A stretch of 64,000 nt of DNA from the human T2T-CHM13v2.0 reference genome, Homo sapiens: NCBI RefSeq assembly GCF_009914755.1, contig NC_060929.1, one strand, 5' to 3'. Under the pieces are notes generated by a model. It searched no databases. It was given only the letters and a program-made list of their open reading frames with translations, and was not told the DNA's origin. The translations under genes and the position numbers were made by a program. This document shows positions 34,332-48,866 of the stretch, piece by piece (the first letter of the stretch is position 1; every line of letters starts with the position of its first letter).

Positions 34332-34520
34332 CTTTACCACAAAATACATGAGAGAAGGAGGAAGAAGGGAAAATTCCTTCTATTCTTACTGGAAGGAACC
34401 ATATACACTCTTTGGAGTCTGAAATATGGAGGATGCAGCTGCACTTGACTGACCGATTAAAAGATTTCCCTTGACTTTGAGAAACGATATTTAATCAGAA
34501 CAAAATACTGTGCACTAAAG

Positions 34521-36905
34521 ATGGAGTTTTCCTGGGGAAGCGGCCAGGAATCCCGGCGTCTGCTGCTCTTACTTCTTCTCCTCGCAGCCTGGGAGGCAGG
34601 GAACGGTCAGCTCCACTACTCGGTCTCCGAGGAGGCCAAACACGGCACCTTCGTGGGCCGCATCGCGCAGGACCTGGGACTGGAGCTGGCGGAGCTGGTG
34701 CCGCGCCTGTTCCGGGTGGCGTCCAAGGGCCGCGGAGGCCTTCTGGAGGTAAATCTGCAGAATGGCATTTTGTTTGTGAATTCTCGGATCGACCGGGAGG
34801 AGCTGTGCCGGCGGAGCGCGGAGTGCAGCATCCACCTGGAGGTGATCGTAGACAGGCCGCTGCAGGTTTTCCATGTGGACGTGGAGGTGAGGGACATTAA
34901 CGATAACCCGCCGGTGTTCCCAGCAACACAAAAGAACCTGTCCATCGCGGAATCCAGGCCGCTTGACTCTCGGTTTCCACTAGAGGGCGCCTCGGATGCA
35001 GATATCGGGGAGAACGCCCTGCTCACTTACAGACTGAGCCCAAATGAATACTTTTCTCTGGAAAAACCACCTGATGACGAGCTGGTAAAAGGTCTTGGGC
35101 TTATATTACGGAAATCTTTAGACAGAGAAGAAGCTCCGGAGATTTTTTTAGTGCTCACAGCCACTGATGGAGGCAAACCCGAGTTGACTGGCACCGTTCA
35201 GTTACTCATCACAGTACTGGATGCCAATGACAATGCCCCAGCTTTTGACAGAACCATTTATAAGGTGAGATTACTAGAAAATGTTCCTAATGGAACATTG
35301 GTAATTAAACTTAACGCCTCAGATTTAGACGAAGGATTGAATGGGGACATTGTTTATTCATTCTCAAATGATATTTCGCCAAATGTGAAATCCAAGTTTC
35401 ACATAGATCCAATTACTGGACAAATTATTGTAAAGGGATATATTGACTTTGAAGAAAGCAAATCCTATGAAATTATTGTAGAGGGCATTGATAAGGGACA
35501 GCTCCCACTTTCTGGCCATTGTAGAGTTATTGTGGAAGTAGAAGACAACAACGATAATGTCCCAGATTTGGAATTCAAGTCTTTATCACTTCCAATTAGA
35601 GAGGACGCTCCACTGGGTACAGTCATCGCCCTGATCAGCGTGTCCGACAAAGACATGGGTGTCAATGGGCTGGTCACCTGCTCCTTGACGTCCCACGTCC
35701 CCTTCAAGCTGGTGTCCACCTTCAAGAATTACTACTCGTTGGTGCTGGACAGTGCCCTGGACCGCGAGAGCGTGTCAGCCTATGAGCTGGTGGTGACCGC
35801 GCGAGACGGGGGCTCGCCTTCGCTGTGGGCCACGGCCAGTGTTTCTGTGGAGGTGGCTGATGTGAACGACAACGCTCCGGCGTTCGCGCAGCCCGAGTAC
35901 ACAGTGTTCGTGAAGGAGAACAACCCGCCGGGCTGCCACATCTTCACTGTGTCTGCGTGGGACGCGGACGCGCAGGAGAACGCGCTGGTGTCCTACTCGC
36001 TGGTAGAGCGGCGGGTAGGGGAGCGCGCGCTGTCGAGCTACGTTTCGGTGCATGCGGAGAGCGGCAAGGTGTACGCGCTGCAGCCGCTGGACCACGAGGA
36101 GCTAGAGCTGCTGCAGTTTCAGGTGACCGCTCGCGATGCCGGCGTGCCACCTCTGGGCAGCAACGTGACGCTGCAGGTGTTCGTGCTGGACGAAAACGAC
36201 AACGCGCCAGCACTGCTAGCGCCTCGGGCGGGTGGCACTGGTGGCGCAGTGAGCGAGCTGGTGCCATGGTCGGTGGGTGTGGGCCACGTGGTGGCAAAGG
36301 TGCGCGCGGTGGATGCTGACTCGGGCTACAACGCGTGGCTTTCGTACGAGCTGCAGCCGGGGACTGGTGGCGCGCGCATCCCGTTCCGCGTGGGGCTGTA
36401 CACTGGCGAGATCAGCACAACGCGTGCCCTGGACGAAACGGACGCTCCGCGCCACCGCCTACTGGTACTGGTGAAGGACCACGGCGAGCCCGCGCTGACG
36501 GCCACGGCCACTGTGCTGGTGTCACTTGTGGAGAGTGGACAGGCGCCAAAGGCCTCCTCACGGGCGTTGGTGGGCGCTGTGGGTCCCGATGCTGCGCTGG
36601 TGGATGTCAACGTATACCTGATCATTGCCATCTGCGCGGTGTCCAGCCTTTTGGTGCTCACGCTGCTGCTGTACACCGCGCTGCGGTGCTCTGCGCTGCC
36701 CACCGAGGGCGCGTGCGCTCCGGGCAAGCCCACGCTGGTGTGCTCCAGTGCGGTGGGGAGCTGGTCATACTCGCAGCAGAGGAGGCCGAGGGTGTGCTCT
36801 GGTGAGGGCCCACCCAAGACCGACCTCATGGCCTTCAGCCCCAGTTTACCTGACTCTAGGGACAGAGAAGATCAGCTGCAGACAACTGAGGAATCCTTTG
36901 CAAAG
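34521..36905 (+). CDS. PCDHA4: Protocadherin alpha-4 variable exon (795 codons; read-through stop at 36917)
   Basis: [13 protein letters not shown]; six EC repeats and TM; donor AAG|GTTAGT. Confidence 0.96.
34977..34990 (+). promoter_or_regulatory. Exonic CTCF site (eCBS) of PCDHA4
   Basis: CCACTAGAGGGCGC, a canonical CTCF core, at +456. Confidence 0.85.
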
Positions 36906-38333
36906 GTTAGTGTATAACATCCTTTTGTTTAATTTTCGTATTGTTTTTCTCTATCAACTTCTTCGTAAATTTATTTCTAAGAGTCAAATTTCCCTGGGTT
37001 AAAATTTTACCTCTTTTTACATATCCATTTTAACTAAAGTCTTTTGGAATTATAGGACATCAGAGCAATATATATTGCCTTCCTTCATTTTATGCTGCAT
37101 TATTCAATGCATATTAACAGAACTGTAATTTCTAGTAAATTTTCACTATATTCACCCTCTTTGTTTTTGGTAATAATCAACATTTTAGAAAACATTTTAC
37201 TATTATTTAACCTATTACATATAAACAAATGTGCACAGGCTGAAATAATAAAGCTCCATAAATTGTATGAAAGTGAAAAGCTCCGTTGCCTCCATCGCTG
37301 AAGCCCCTCGCATGCACCTGCCAAATCACTTCCCTTATTTTTCCTCCAGTGTAACCGCACATTTGCCTTTTATAACTGTTTGTTCGGGGCCTGTTTTGGG
37401 AACGTTATCTAATTGGACTTGCACAACATGTATTGTCTGTGCATTTGTGTGTTATTTGTATTTATCACTCATTGTTTATGAAATTATCCATGTTGTTATA
37501 TGTAGTTGTAGTTTATTTATTTCTGTTTCTAGTACTATTTCATAAATATACTATACCTTATTTATTCTACTGTTCAGGAATTTGCATTGTGCCTCAATGT
37601 CTATTTCAAATAATGCCATCATAAATATATTGTACATTTCTTTGATGCCCATGTACACAGATTTCTCTCAGGTTTTTGCCTAAGAGTTGTGTTTGTGGGT
37701 CACAGAATATGTGTGTATCTTTGTCTTTTGTAGCTAACACCAACCAATTTTCCAAGATGTTTTTACCTGTTTACATTCCTAGTAGTGCATAAGGCTTTCT
37801 GCTGGGCCACATCATCTCTACATTTGTCAGGTTATTTTCATGTTAGCCATTTTACTGGGTGACTTTTGTAATCTCATTTTGAAATTATTTTATATTTAAA
37901 TGAAGTTGAGTACCTTTCTATTTTATTTTGGCAATTTTTATACCTTATTTTGTGCAATAGCTGCTCAAATCTCCTATTTCTCTAGTCTGTTGTTTTTCTT
38001 TTCTTTTTTCTCTTCTTTTTGCTTCCATAGAACTTTATTTATTTCCTTATCTTGTTTTTCTTATTACTTAAACAAATCTTGTATTCTGAACATAACTCCT
38101 TTTTTTAGTAGTTTTCAACCTCATGGCTAGTTTTTAATTCTTTTTTGTCTTTTGGTGAATAGAAAGTCATAATTTTGATTAAACTCAATTTATCAATTTT
38201 TGCTTCTGATCCTATTTCACAAAGATAATTTTCTGTGGTATCTTTTATTTCATTGTTTACATTACATCTACAATCCATTTGGAATATACATATTTTTATC
38301 ATTGTTGTGAGGTAGGGGTCAAGATTTATTTTT

Positions 38334-39313
38334 ATTTCTTCTTATTATTTTTATTATACTTTAAGTTCTAGGATACATGTGCACAACGTGCAGGTTTGTT
38401 ACATAGGTATACATGTGTGCCATGTTCGTTTGCTGCACCCATCAACTCATCATTTACATTAGGTATTTCTCCTAATGCTATCCCTCCCCCAGTCCCCCAC
38501 ACCTCAACAGGCCCCAGTGTGTGATGTTCCCCACCCTGTGTCCAAGTGCTCTCGTTGTTCAATTCCCACCTATGAGTGAGAACATGCAGTGTTTGGTTTT
38601 CTGTGCTTGTGATAGTTTGCTCAGAATGACGGTTTCCAGCTTCATCCATGTCTCTACAAAGGACATGAACTCACCCTTTTTTACGGCTGCATAGTCTTCC
38701 ATGGTGTATATGTGTCACATTTTCTTAATCCGGTCTATCATTGATGGACATTTGGGTTGGTTCCAAGTCTTTGCTATTGTGAATAGTGTCGCAATAAACA
38801 TACATGTGCATGTGTCTTTATAGTAGCATGATTTATAATCCTTTAGATATATACCCAGTAATGGGTCAAATGGTATTTCTAGTTCCAGATCCTTGAGGAA
38901 TCGCCACACTGTCTTCCACAATGGTTGAACTAGTTTACACTCCCACCAACGGTGTAAAAGCGTTACTATTTCTCCACATCCTCTCCAGCATGTGTTGTTT
39001 CCTGACTTTTTAATGATTGCCATTCTAACTGGTGTGAGATGGTATCTCATTGTGGTTTTGATTTGCATTTCTCTGATGACCAGTGATGATGGGCATTTTT
39101 TCATGTGTCTGTTGGCTGCATAAATGTCTTCTTTTGAGAAGTGTCTGTTCATATCCTTTGCCCACTTTTTGATAGGGTTTTTTGTTTTTTTCTTGTAAAT
39201 GTGTTTAGGTTCTTTGTAGATTCTGGATATTAGCCCTTTGTCAGATGGGTAGATTGCAAAAATTTTCTCCCATTCTGTAGGTTGCCTGTTCACTCTGATT
39301 GTAGTTTCTTTTG
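38334..39313 (-). mobile_element. 5'-truncated L1PA (L1PA5-7-like), ~1 kb
   Basis: ORF2 C-terminus (38715..39335, [20 protein letters not shown]) and 3' UTR. TSD AAGATTTATTTTT (38321-38333, 39314-39326). Confidence 0.88.
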
Positions 39314-40586
39314 AAGATTTATTTTTTACTACCATTTTTTTGTTGGACTTTTAAAATGAGTTTGGAAGTGTTCCCTCTCCTTCAATTTTTTTTTTTTGGA
39401 AGAGTTTGAAAACAATTATCATTGATTCTTCTTTAAAAGTTTGGTAGAATTCTCCAGGAAAGATATCTGGTTTTGGGCTTTTGTTGTTGTTGTTGTTAGG
39501 AGGTTTGGATTACTGATTCAATCTCCTTACTAGTTACAGCTTTGTTTAGATTTTTTATGATTATGTCTTGGTAGTTTGTATGTTTCTAGGAATTAATCAA
39601 TTTCTTCTAGGTTATTGAATTTTTTGGTATATGATTTTAAAAGCCTCTTATAATTGTGGCATCAGGTGTAATGCCACCTCTTTTGTTTCTGACTTCCAGT
39701 CTTTTTGTTTTTTTCTTAGTCTAGCTAAGGGGCTTGTCAGTTTTGTTGTTTTTTCAAAAAATCAACTAAGTTTAAAAACTTAATTTAAACTTTTTTTCAT
39801 TTATTTTTGCTCTAATCTTTATTATAGTATTTCCTCCCTTTGCTTTGGGCTTCCTCATTTGTCCTTTTTTTCTAGTTCCTTGAGTTGTTAAGTTTTTTAT
39901 TTGAGATCTTTCTTCTTTCTTCATTTTTAGTGTAGGCATTTACAACTCCCTTCTTTGTTTTTGTTTTCATGTTTAAGAGACAAGATCTCACTATGATGTA
40001 CAGAGGCACGATCATAGCTCCCTGCAAGTGATCCTTGTGCCTTGGATTCCCAAAGCACTGGGATTACAGGCGTGAGCCACTGAGCTTGCCCAGCTTAATA
40101 TTCCTTCTTAGTACTGCTTTTGTTGTATCCTGTAAGTTTTTATTGTGTTGTGTTTTCATTTTTGTTTATCTTAACATATTTTCTAATTCATCTTTTGATT
40201 TCCCCTTTCATTCAAATGAAATTTTGAACAGAATTTCGTTCAAAATTCTGTTGTTTAATTTCTACATATTTGCAGATTTTCCAGTTTTAATTCCAGTATT
40301 GATTTCTAGTTTTATTCCACTGTGGTCAGAAAAGATATTTAGTAGGATTTCAACCTTCTTGAATTTGTTAAGACTTGTTTTGTGACCTGACGTGTGATTT
40401 ATCCTGGAAAATGCTCTGAGTGTGCTTGAGAAGACTGTATATTTGCTGCTGTTGGGTGGAATTTTCTGTATATGTCTGTTAGTTCCATTTCAGCTATAGT
40501 GTTGTTCAAGTCCTCTGCTTCCTTGCTGATTTTCTGTCTGAATGTTCTATTCCTTATTGAAAGTAGGATACCAAAATCTCCTACTA

Positions 40587-42140
40587 CAGTCATTGGAGAT
40601 ACATTCTGAGAATTGTATCATTCTGAGATTTCATCACTGTGCAAACATGAGAGTGTACTTACATATTTACACAAACCTAGATAGTATAGCCTACTACAGA
40701 CCTAGGTTACATGATCTATTGCTTCTAGGCTACAAACCTGTACATATGTTAACTGTACTGAATACTATAGGGAATTGTAACACAATGGTAAGTATTTGTA
40801 TACCTAAATATATCTAAACATCTAAAAGGTACAGTAAAAACATTGTACAGATTTTTAAAATGGTACACCTGAATAGGGTACTTACCCTATGAATGGAGAC
40901 TGCGGGGCTGGAAATTTATCTGCATGAGTCAATGAGTGAATGGTGAGTGAATGTGAAGGCCCAGGACATTACTGTGCACTAATGTAGACTTTAAAGCACT
41001 ATACATTTAGGCTACACTCAATTTATCAAAAAATTTTCTTTTTACAGGCTGGTCATGGTGGCTCATGCCTGTAATCCCAGCACTTTGGGAGGCTGAGGAA
41101 GGAGGATCACTTAAGCCCAGGAGTTCAAGACCAGCCTGGGCAATATAGTGAGACCCTGTCTCTAGAAAATAATTTTTAAAAATTAGCTAGGTGTGGTGAC
41201 ACACACTTGTAGTTCCAGCTACTCAGGAGGCTGAAGTGGGAGGATCCTTGACTTGAGGAGGTCAAGGCTACAGTGAGCTATGGTCGTGCCACTGCACTCC
41301 AGCCTGAGCAACAGAGTGAGACTCTGTCTCAATTTTTTTTCTTTCTTCAGTAATAAATTAACCTTAGCTTACTGTAACTTTTCAACTTTGTAAACTTAAA
41401 TTTTTTAACCTTTTGACTCTTTTGTAATAACGCTTAGCTTAAAACACAAACACATTGTACAGCTGTACAAAAATATTTTCTCTTTATATCCTTATTTTAC
41501 AAGTTTTTTTGACTTTTAATTTTTTTATTTTTTTCACTTTTACTTAGTGTTTTTTTTTGTTGTTGTTGTTAAAAATGAAGATATAAACACCCATACTAGC
41601 CTAGGACTGTATTGGGTCAGGATCATCAATATCATTGTCTTCCACCTCCATATCTTGTCCCACTGGAAGGTCTTCTGGGGCAGTTACACATGCGATGCTA
41701 TCATCTCCTATGATAACAATATCTTCTAGTGGAATACTTCCCAAAAGACTTTCCTGAGGCTGTTTTGTGGTGACCTTTTTTCTTTTTTTTTTTTGAGTTA
41801 ATGTATTTTTTATAAGTAGAAAGAGTACACTGTAAAATACCACTAAAAAGTATAGTAAATACATAAAGCAGTTAACATTTACTATCTGTATCAAGTATTA
41901 TGTACTGTAAATTACTGTACATAATTGTATGTGCTATCTTGTACTTTTATATAACTGGTAGTGCAATAGGTTTGTTTACACCAACATCACCACAAACATG
42001 TGAGTAATGTGCTACAACATTATGACTGCTACATCATCACTAGGTGATAGGAATTTTTCAGCTCCATTATAATCTTATGGGACTACTCTTGTACATGTGG
42101 TCTGTTATTGGTTGAAACGTTGTTATACAACACTTGACTT
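40587..42140 (+). mobile_element. Tigger3-type DNA transposon
   Basis: TA-flanked CAGTCAT...CATTCTGAGAA...ACACAAACCTAGAT..ATAGCCTACTAC start, with GAAACGTTGTTAT...TGACT end. Confidence 0.75.
41047..41332 (+). mobile_element. AluJ inside Tigger3, A-tail almost absent
   Basis: GGCTGGTCATGGTGGCTCATGCC...GAGCCCAGGAG-type body...GAGACTCTGTCTCAA. Confidence 0.85.
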
Positions 42141-43834
42141 TATTGTATTGCTATCTATTTCTCCATTTCTGTGAATGTTTGCCTCATATATTTAGGTGTT
42201 TTAATGTTGGGTGCATATGTATTTATAATTGCTATGTCCTTCTGGTGAATTGACCTTTTATCATTATATAATGTCCTTCTTTGTCTCTTATGACACTTTT
42301 TGACTTAAAGACTATTTTGTGTGATGTAGCTGTTTCCACATTTGCACTCTTTTGGTTACAATTTGCATGAAATTTTTTTAATATCCTTTAACTTTCAGGC
42401 TATCCAGGTCTTTAAATCTAAAGCAAATCTCTTGTAGTTAGCATATAATTGGGTCTTTAAAAAAAATCAATTCAACCACTTTGTATCTTTTGATTGGGGG
42501 AGTTTATCCCATTTTTATTTAAAGTAATTATTGATAGGGCATAACTTACTGTTGCCTCTTTGTTAATTGTTGTTTGCAGCTTGTAGACTTTTTGCTCCTC
42601 TTTCCTCCTCTTACTGTCTTCCTTTGTGTTTTATTGAGAATTGTAATGCTATGTTTTTGTTCCTTTCCTGTTTTCTTTTGTATATCTTCCATAGGTATTT
42701 TCTTTGTGGTTACCATGGGGCTTACATTTTAAAACTCTTATAAAAATGTATTTTAAACTGATAGCATCTTTACTACAATCACAAAACAAAACTCATTATG
42801 TTTACTTCTCCCCTACCCAAATTTTATGTTATTGATGTCATAAATACATCTTTTTATATTGTGTATACATTATTTTATAGTTAGTTTTTCTGTACTTTTG
42901 TCTTTTAATCAGATTTTAAAATATCAGATTTTAAAGTGACTTTTGTACCACCATTACAGTATTATAGTATTCTGTTTTTATCTATATATTTATCTTTACT
43001 AGTGAGCTTTATACTTTAATAAAATACCTATGTATTTCTGTTTAGCATCCCCTAATTTTAACTCAAAAGGCCCCCTCTTAACATTTCTTGTAAGGCAAGT
43101 CTAATTGTGATCACCTTCAGCTTTTGTTTAACTGGGAAGGTCTTTATCTCTTTTTCATTTTTGAAGACAAACTTTGGTGGATTTGGTATTCTTGGCTGGC
43201 AGTTCTTTTTCTTTTCAGCACTTTCAGTATAACATCTCACCCCTTTCTGGATGGCAAGGTTTCTACTGAGAAATCTACTGGTAGAGTTAGGGGTGTTCTT
43301 TTGTACGTGATGAGGCATTTTTCTTTTGCTGCTTTCTAAATTCTTAACATTTCTTGGATCTTGATGTCCATTTCCTTCCTCATATTTGGGAAGTTTTCAG
43401 ATGTAATTTTAAAAAATAAGCTGTCTGTCCTTTTCTCTTATGGCTTCTTCTTTTGAAACTGTCATAATGAGTAGAGCAGCCTGCTCGAGGATGTCCTATC
43501 AATTTCTTAGGCTTTCTTTACTCTCTTTCATTTCTTGCTCTTTTTGCTACTCTGTCTGGATAATTTCAAATGATGTGTCCTTGAGTTCACTGACTCATTC
43601 TTCTACTTGATTAAGTCTGCTGTTGAACATGTCTGTAAAATTTTCAGTTCAATTATTGTATTCTTCAGTTCCAAAATTTCTTTTTAGTTCTTTTGAATAT
43701 TTTCTATCTGCTGAAATTCTGATTCTGCTTATGCATTATTTTCCTGAGCTCACTGAACATCTTTATGACAATTATTTTGAATACTTTGTCAAGTAATTCA
43801 CATAGCTCTATTTCTTTAGGTTTGGTTTCTGGAG

Positions 43835-43866
<32 letters not shown>

Positions 43867-45888
43867 GGGCACGCACTATTTGATTGGGCCATGTTTCCTG
43901 TTTTCTCATATTCCTTATTACTTTGTGTTGATATCTATACATTTCAAAAAAACAAAAAACAACAACACACCAGCTACCTCTTCCAGTCTTTATGGACTGG
44001 ATTTGTACATGGAAAGATCTTTACTAATCAGGCTGGCTAGAGATTCTAGGGACCTCTCAAACCTTTTCTGTGGATGCATCTTCTATGGACTTGTGTGTAT
44101 AATTCCTAATTAGAGGGATCTGCCAGCTTTTTTTTTTAAGATGCTCTAATCTTTTTCCCTCTGTGGTGTCTGTGTGCTGTACTGTGGGCCCTCTGGAGCA
44201 GCAGTATTCACTCAGCTCTTTTAGGTTCTGAGAAGCCCTCAGTTATAGATTCTGCTGAATCCTATCAGTGCCTGGAGTCAAGTGAGACAGAAACTTGGAC
44301 TGCCCACTAAAATTCAGGAACTTTGGATGCATTTTACTCTCTCTTTCCCTCATGAGAGAGAGAGTGCTGAGCTGAGTTTCTCTCTGTGTGCTGTATCACA
44401 GGTCCTGAGGAGCATCAGCCCGCCACCCAGCTCTTTATTATTCTGAGCTGCCCTCAGGATTTTAGAATATGCCAGGTTCCATCAGTGCTCTGAGATATGC
44501 AAGACAGCTCCCCTGAAAAGTCAGAACACTGAATGCATGCTTTACTTTCTCTTTCCCTTCTCAGGGAGAAGACAGGAGCTGGGAATTTCCCCCTGTTTGA
44601 ATGGAACTGTGCTGCTGGATGGGACTATAGGGAAAGTGCCCCAGAAAAGTGCCCAGCTAGTTTTACACTTGCTTGGAGCCCAGGACCCTCTTAACTGGTT
44701 TCGGCACTTATCACCATGGGAATTGGTCCTTGTATTGTTGTTGAGTTGGTATACCTGTGGAGGGTCTGGGGATTCCTATAACAGCATCTTGCTGATGTCA
44801 CTACCTCTGTTATCTTTTTAAGCTATATATGCTTTTACAAATTATTTTATTGATTTCCTCTTTTGTTGATTATAACACACATCCTTGACTTATTACCTCA
44901 ATTAAATCAATAATTTTAATAATTCCAGGCAACGCTAAGACCTTGAATCATTATACCATTTACTTGTACCCTACTTTTTGTTACTGATATGCCTTTCAAT
45001 TATTTATATGTTCTAGACACACAGTACATTATTATCATTGTTTTGTTAACACCTATATATGTTTCTTTCTGGGATCATTTTCCTTCTGAAGAAATTAACA
45101 TTTCCTTTAGTGTGGCCTGCTGGTAAAGAAACCTTTACGTTTTTATATATCTGGAAATGTCTTAATTTTACTATCACTTTTGAGAAACAGTTTTGGGTAT
45201 TGAATGAAAGTTATTTTTGCCAGCACTTTTAAGATGACATTCCATGGTCTTCTTTTGAGATGATGGCTGTCAAGTTTATTGTTCAATTAGTGTGTCTTTT
45301 TTTCTGTCTAGCTACTTTGTATACTTACTCTGTTTTTCACTTTTAACAGCTTTACTATCATGTGCCCAGTGTTAATTTGCTTTGTTTTTAATCTCGCTTG
45401 CAGTTTTCAAAGCTTCTTATATCTGTGGGTTGATAATATTTTATCAGTTTAAGAGAAGATTTAGCAGTATGCCTTCAAATACGGCTTCTACTTCATATTT
45501 TCTCTTATATTCTTCTGTGACTATAAGTACATGTATGTTAAATCTTTTCACCATATTCCTTGTCTTTTATGTGCCATTTCTGTTTTTAAATCACTTTTTC
45601 TCTTTGTTTCATAATCCATGTTTTATTCTGACCCATCTTTTACTTTAGGAATTTTATCTTGTTATTCTAGGCCACTGTCAAAGTCATTGATTGAATTCTT
45701 AACTTGAATCGTGGCATTTTTCCATTTTAGAATTTTATTTTCCTTTTTAAAAATATATTTCTAACTTGGGTACTGGCTAATGTCAAAAGAAACTTTCCTC
45801 CCACAAAGTTTTCACTCACTTGATCTTGGATTTTAAAATCAGATATAACCTGAGAGATTATCATTTTTCTCCATTTAATAATGAATCA

Positions 45889-46157
45889 GGCCAGGCATGG
45901 TGGCTCATGCCTATAATCCCAACACCTGTGTGGGCCATGACAGGAGGATTGCTTGAGCCCAGGAGTTCAAGATGAGCCTGAGCAATATAGGGAGACTCCA
46001 TCTTTACAAAAAATGAAAAAAATTAGCTAGATGTGGTGGTGCACACCTGTGGTCCCAGCTACTTGGGAGGCTGAAGTTGGAGGATGGCTTGAGCCTGAGG
46101 CTGCAATGAACTTTGACTGTACCACTGCACTCCAGCCTCGGTCAGAGTGAGACTCTT
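45889..46157 (+). mobile_element. AluJ
   Basis: GGCCAGGCATGGTGGCTC...GCTTGAGCCCAGGAGTTC...GAGTGAGACTC. Confidence 0.85.
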
Positions 46158-48866
46158 TGTCACCCAGTTGTATAGAATCAACTATAGGTAGAGGCATAAA
46201 AAAGATGCCTGAGATTGCATCTCTTGAATTTAGCTTCATTGTCCCTTTCTATTAAGTGAGATTATTTGACATGAACATTGATATTCACTATCTCAGGGAT
46301 ATGTTAGAACTATTCTCATATTTTCTATCCACAGAGGATATATAATATGGATATTTTAGCACATTCCCTTATAGGGCAGTTATACCTTCCTCTGTGACTC
46401 ATTATACAGGCAGCGCTAAGATGTGTATTATATGCTCATGGTATCCTTTCTTACTATCCTTATAATAGAATAAATTAATTTTTATACAGAATTAATTTTT
46501 GAAGAATCAAATGACATATGTGCATAAATTATTTATACATTTTTATACAATTGCTTCAACATTTCCTCTTCTCTGCAATCTGGTATATCTATATAATTTC
46601 TATAGATAAGAGAAGAAAAATATAGCTTATTAAAATTTTATTCTGGGTTTTGTAAGGAATAAAGGACATTTGTACCCTTATGAAGATTAAATTTTCTTGT
46701 GTTAGTATATTTCTAAAGGCTTTTAGTGAATTAAATGGAGACACTTTAATATACTACACAGTTTTAAATCTAAATTTTTTTCTCAAGGAAGAACTTCTGT
46801 TTACACAATGATGCTTAAACATGACTGAAATATCTAAAGGAGAGGTTAACTGGATCAGTCAAGAAAATAATCTGTAACATTTGATTGAAGAAAATAGCTT
46901 AGAAGAAGATTTTTTAAAATGTTCTTTTCCTGTGGAGTCTCCCATGAAATTCAGATTGGATAATCTATAGTTACTGAGAAAGGAATATTCAAAATAAGAG
47001 TTGATCACTGTAGCACAAATGCAAGTGATAATTTAAAAAGTAAATATAATTTAACAGATATGAAAGTGAATCAAAAGTCAAGAGTCTTGTTTCCTCCTGA
47101 AATATCTATATAAGTACATGAGATATTTTTTCCAGACTGAGAGGAGCATGTGAACTGATATTGTTGATGACTTTTTCTCCATTGAGTATATCTTTTAAAA
47201 TACTCAGTATTTATCATAATACTCTGCAGATTACAATGTACACATTGTTAATACTACATTGTTAATTTGCCTTTTAAATACTTAATATTTACTTTTTTCA
47301 AAGGTTATCTTTGTGTATTTTGTATAAAATTCTACTATAATTTATTCCATAGCTTTGTAGTTTTACATTATTTACTGTTATATAATAGAAAGTGGCTAAC
47401 ATCAGCTAATGCTGTTTTCTAAATATTTATTATCATTTTCTTATGTTTTTAACCATTGTGTATTAAAATATTTCAAAATTATCAGTATGAAAACTATTAG
47501 GCAAATAGTCTGGGAAATTGATTTGTGTTTCAACGATCCAAATATTAGTGAAAAGTCATGATAATAGAGATAGTAAAAATCTTATAAGGGAACTGGTAAA
47601 TATATCTTTAAAGATTGTATCAGAAACAATTCTGTGACAATATCTTGTTTCTTTACAAGTTTGAATTCCAGAAATCAAGTGAATTTCCTCTGACTTTGCA
47701 TTTTCTGGTAATTTCTTTTTTCTTATCAAGCTATATTTTAAATGTAAAAGTATCCAACAATAGAATTGCTAATCTCTTGGTCCCTCTTGTCTTCACAGGT
47801 AAGGGATATTTTGTAATATTTAAGGAATTTTATGGAGTATATATACAAGCAGAATGTTAGCTATTTCTTCAATAGAAAACTTGGTGATATTTTCTTTTGC
47901 CCATATTTATTAAGTGAAGTTTACTAAATTTTCTAGGTCGTGTTCAAATCATACCATCCAGTAAACAGTTGGGAGATTAAAAAGTAATTAAACTAATATA
48001 AAGATAGCCTGGTTAATAAAATGATATTCTTTTCAACATGATTATATTTACTGGAACCTAAACATTTTGTGAAATAGTATGTCATATAGACAATATTAGG
48101 ATTTTGACTTGTTATGTAAGTACAAAGGTATGTATTTTACAATTTTTAATAATTGCTTTATCAGTAATAGCAACTTGAAGAAATGCTATCTAGATGCTTC
48201 TAATTTGAAAATAGTGCAAAGACGATTTACCAAAGTCGTTCTATTATGCTTTTGATTTCTAGAAAGCTGAAATATCCCCATTACAGTTTTTGAGTCAATA
48301 CAAAAAGTAGATAGGTGTTATAGATAAAGAAATAGGTTTTCATCGATTTGAAAATTAGAACTCCGAGAAGAAACTCAGGTAAGAATGCCATTAAAATAGT
48401 TTTAGTTGTTTTTGAAAATAACATCAACAAAATGTCACTATTAAACAGTGAAATTGGAATAAAAATTTGTTTTATGAGTAACACGGAGATAGCATACAAA
48501 CATTCCATTGACTAATACAGAAAAAACTCAAAAGTTTTAATTAGATATGTTTAAATAGAGATGAGAAAAGTCAAAACTTTAACTCTTAAAAGTTATTTTT
48601 ATCAGTTTGGAAATATATAAACTCCTCCCTATATAAAATACACCAGCACAAATTTCTCTAGTAAGGATTGGGGTTTCATGACTTTAGATGTATTTTTCTG
48701 TAATATTTTAATGACGCACTTATATTGACGCATTTTAAGATAGAGTTTAATGATATATTTTGACTAGAGATAAGTGATTTAAAGAATAAGAATCATGTCA
48801 TTGAAAGTGAGAATACTTGAGAAATATTGACGAATATAAGCTAAATAAAGCAAAACAAAATAAAAC

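Larger units (their letters stand above)
39335..45760 (-). mobile_element. Old L1M fragments (ORF2 endonuclease, ORF1, 5' region) hosting Tigger3 and Alus
   Basis: ORF 40399..40593 (VVGDF...LTDIYRKFHP) is endonuclease-like. ORF 43058..43318 (QPRI..P.K..FKNEKEIKTF) is ORF1-like. Limits are approximate. Confidence 0.7.

Noticed and set aside
43835-43867. (TG)n/(CA)n microsatellites here and at ~32771, ~58696 and ~61087
   Set aside because: Ordinary short simple repeats.
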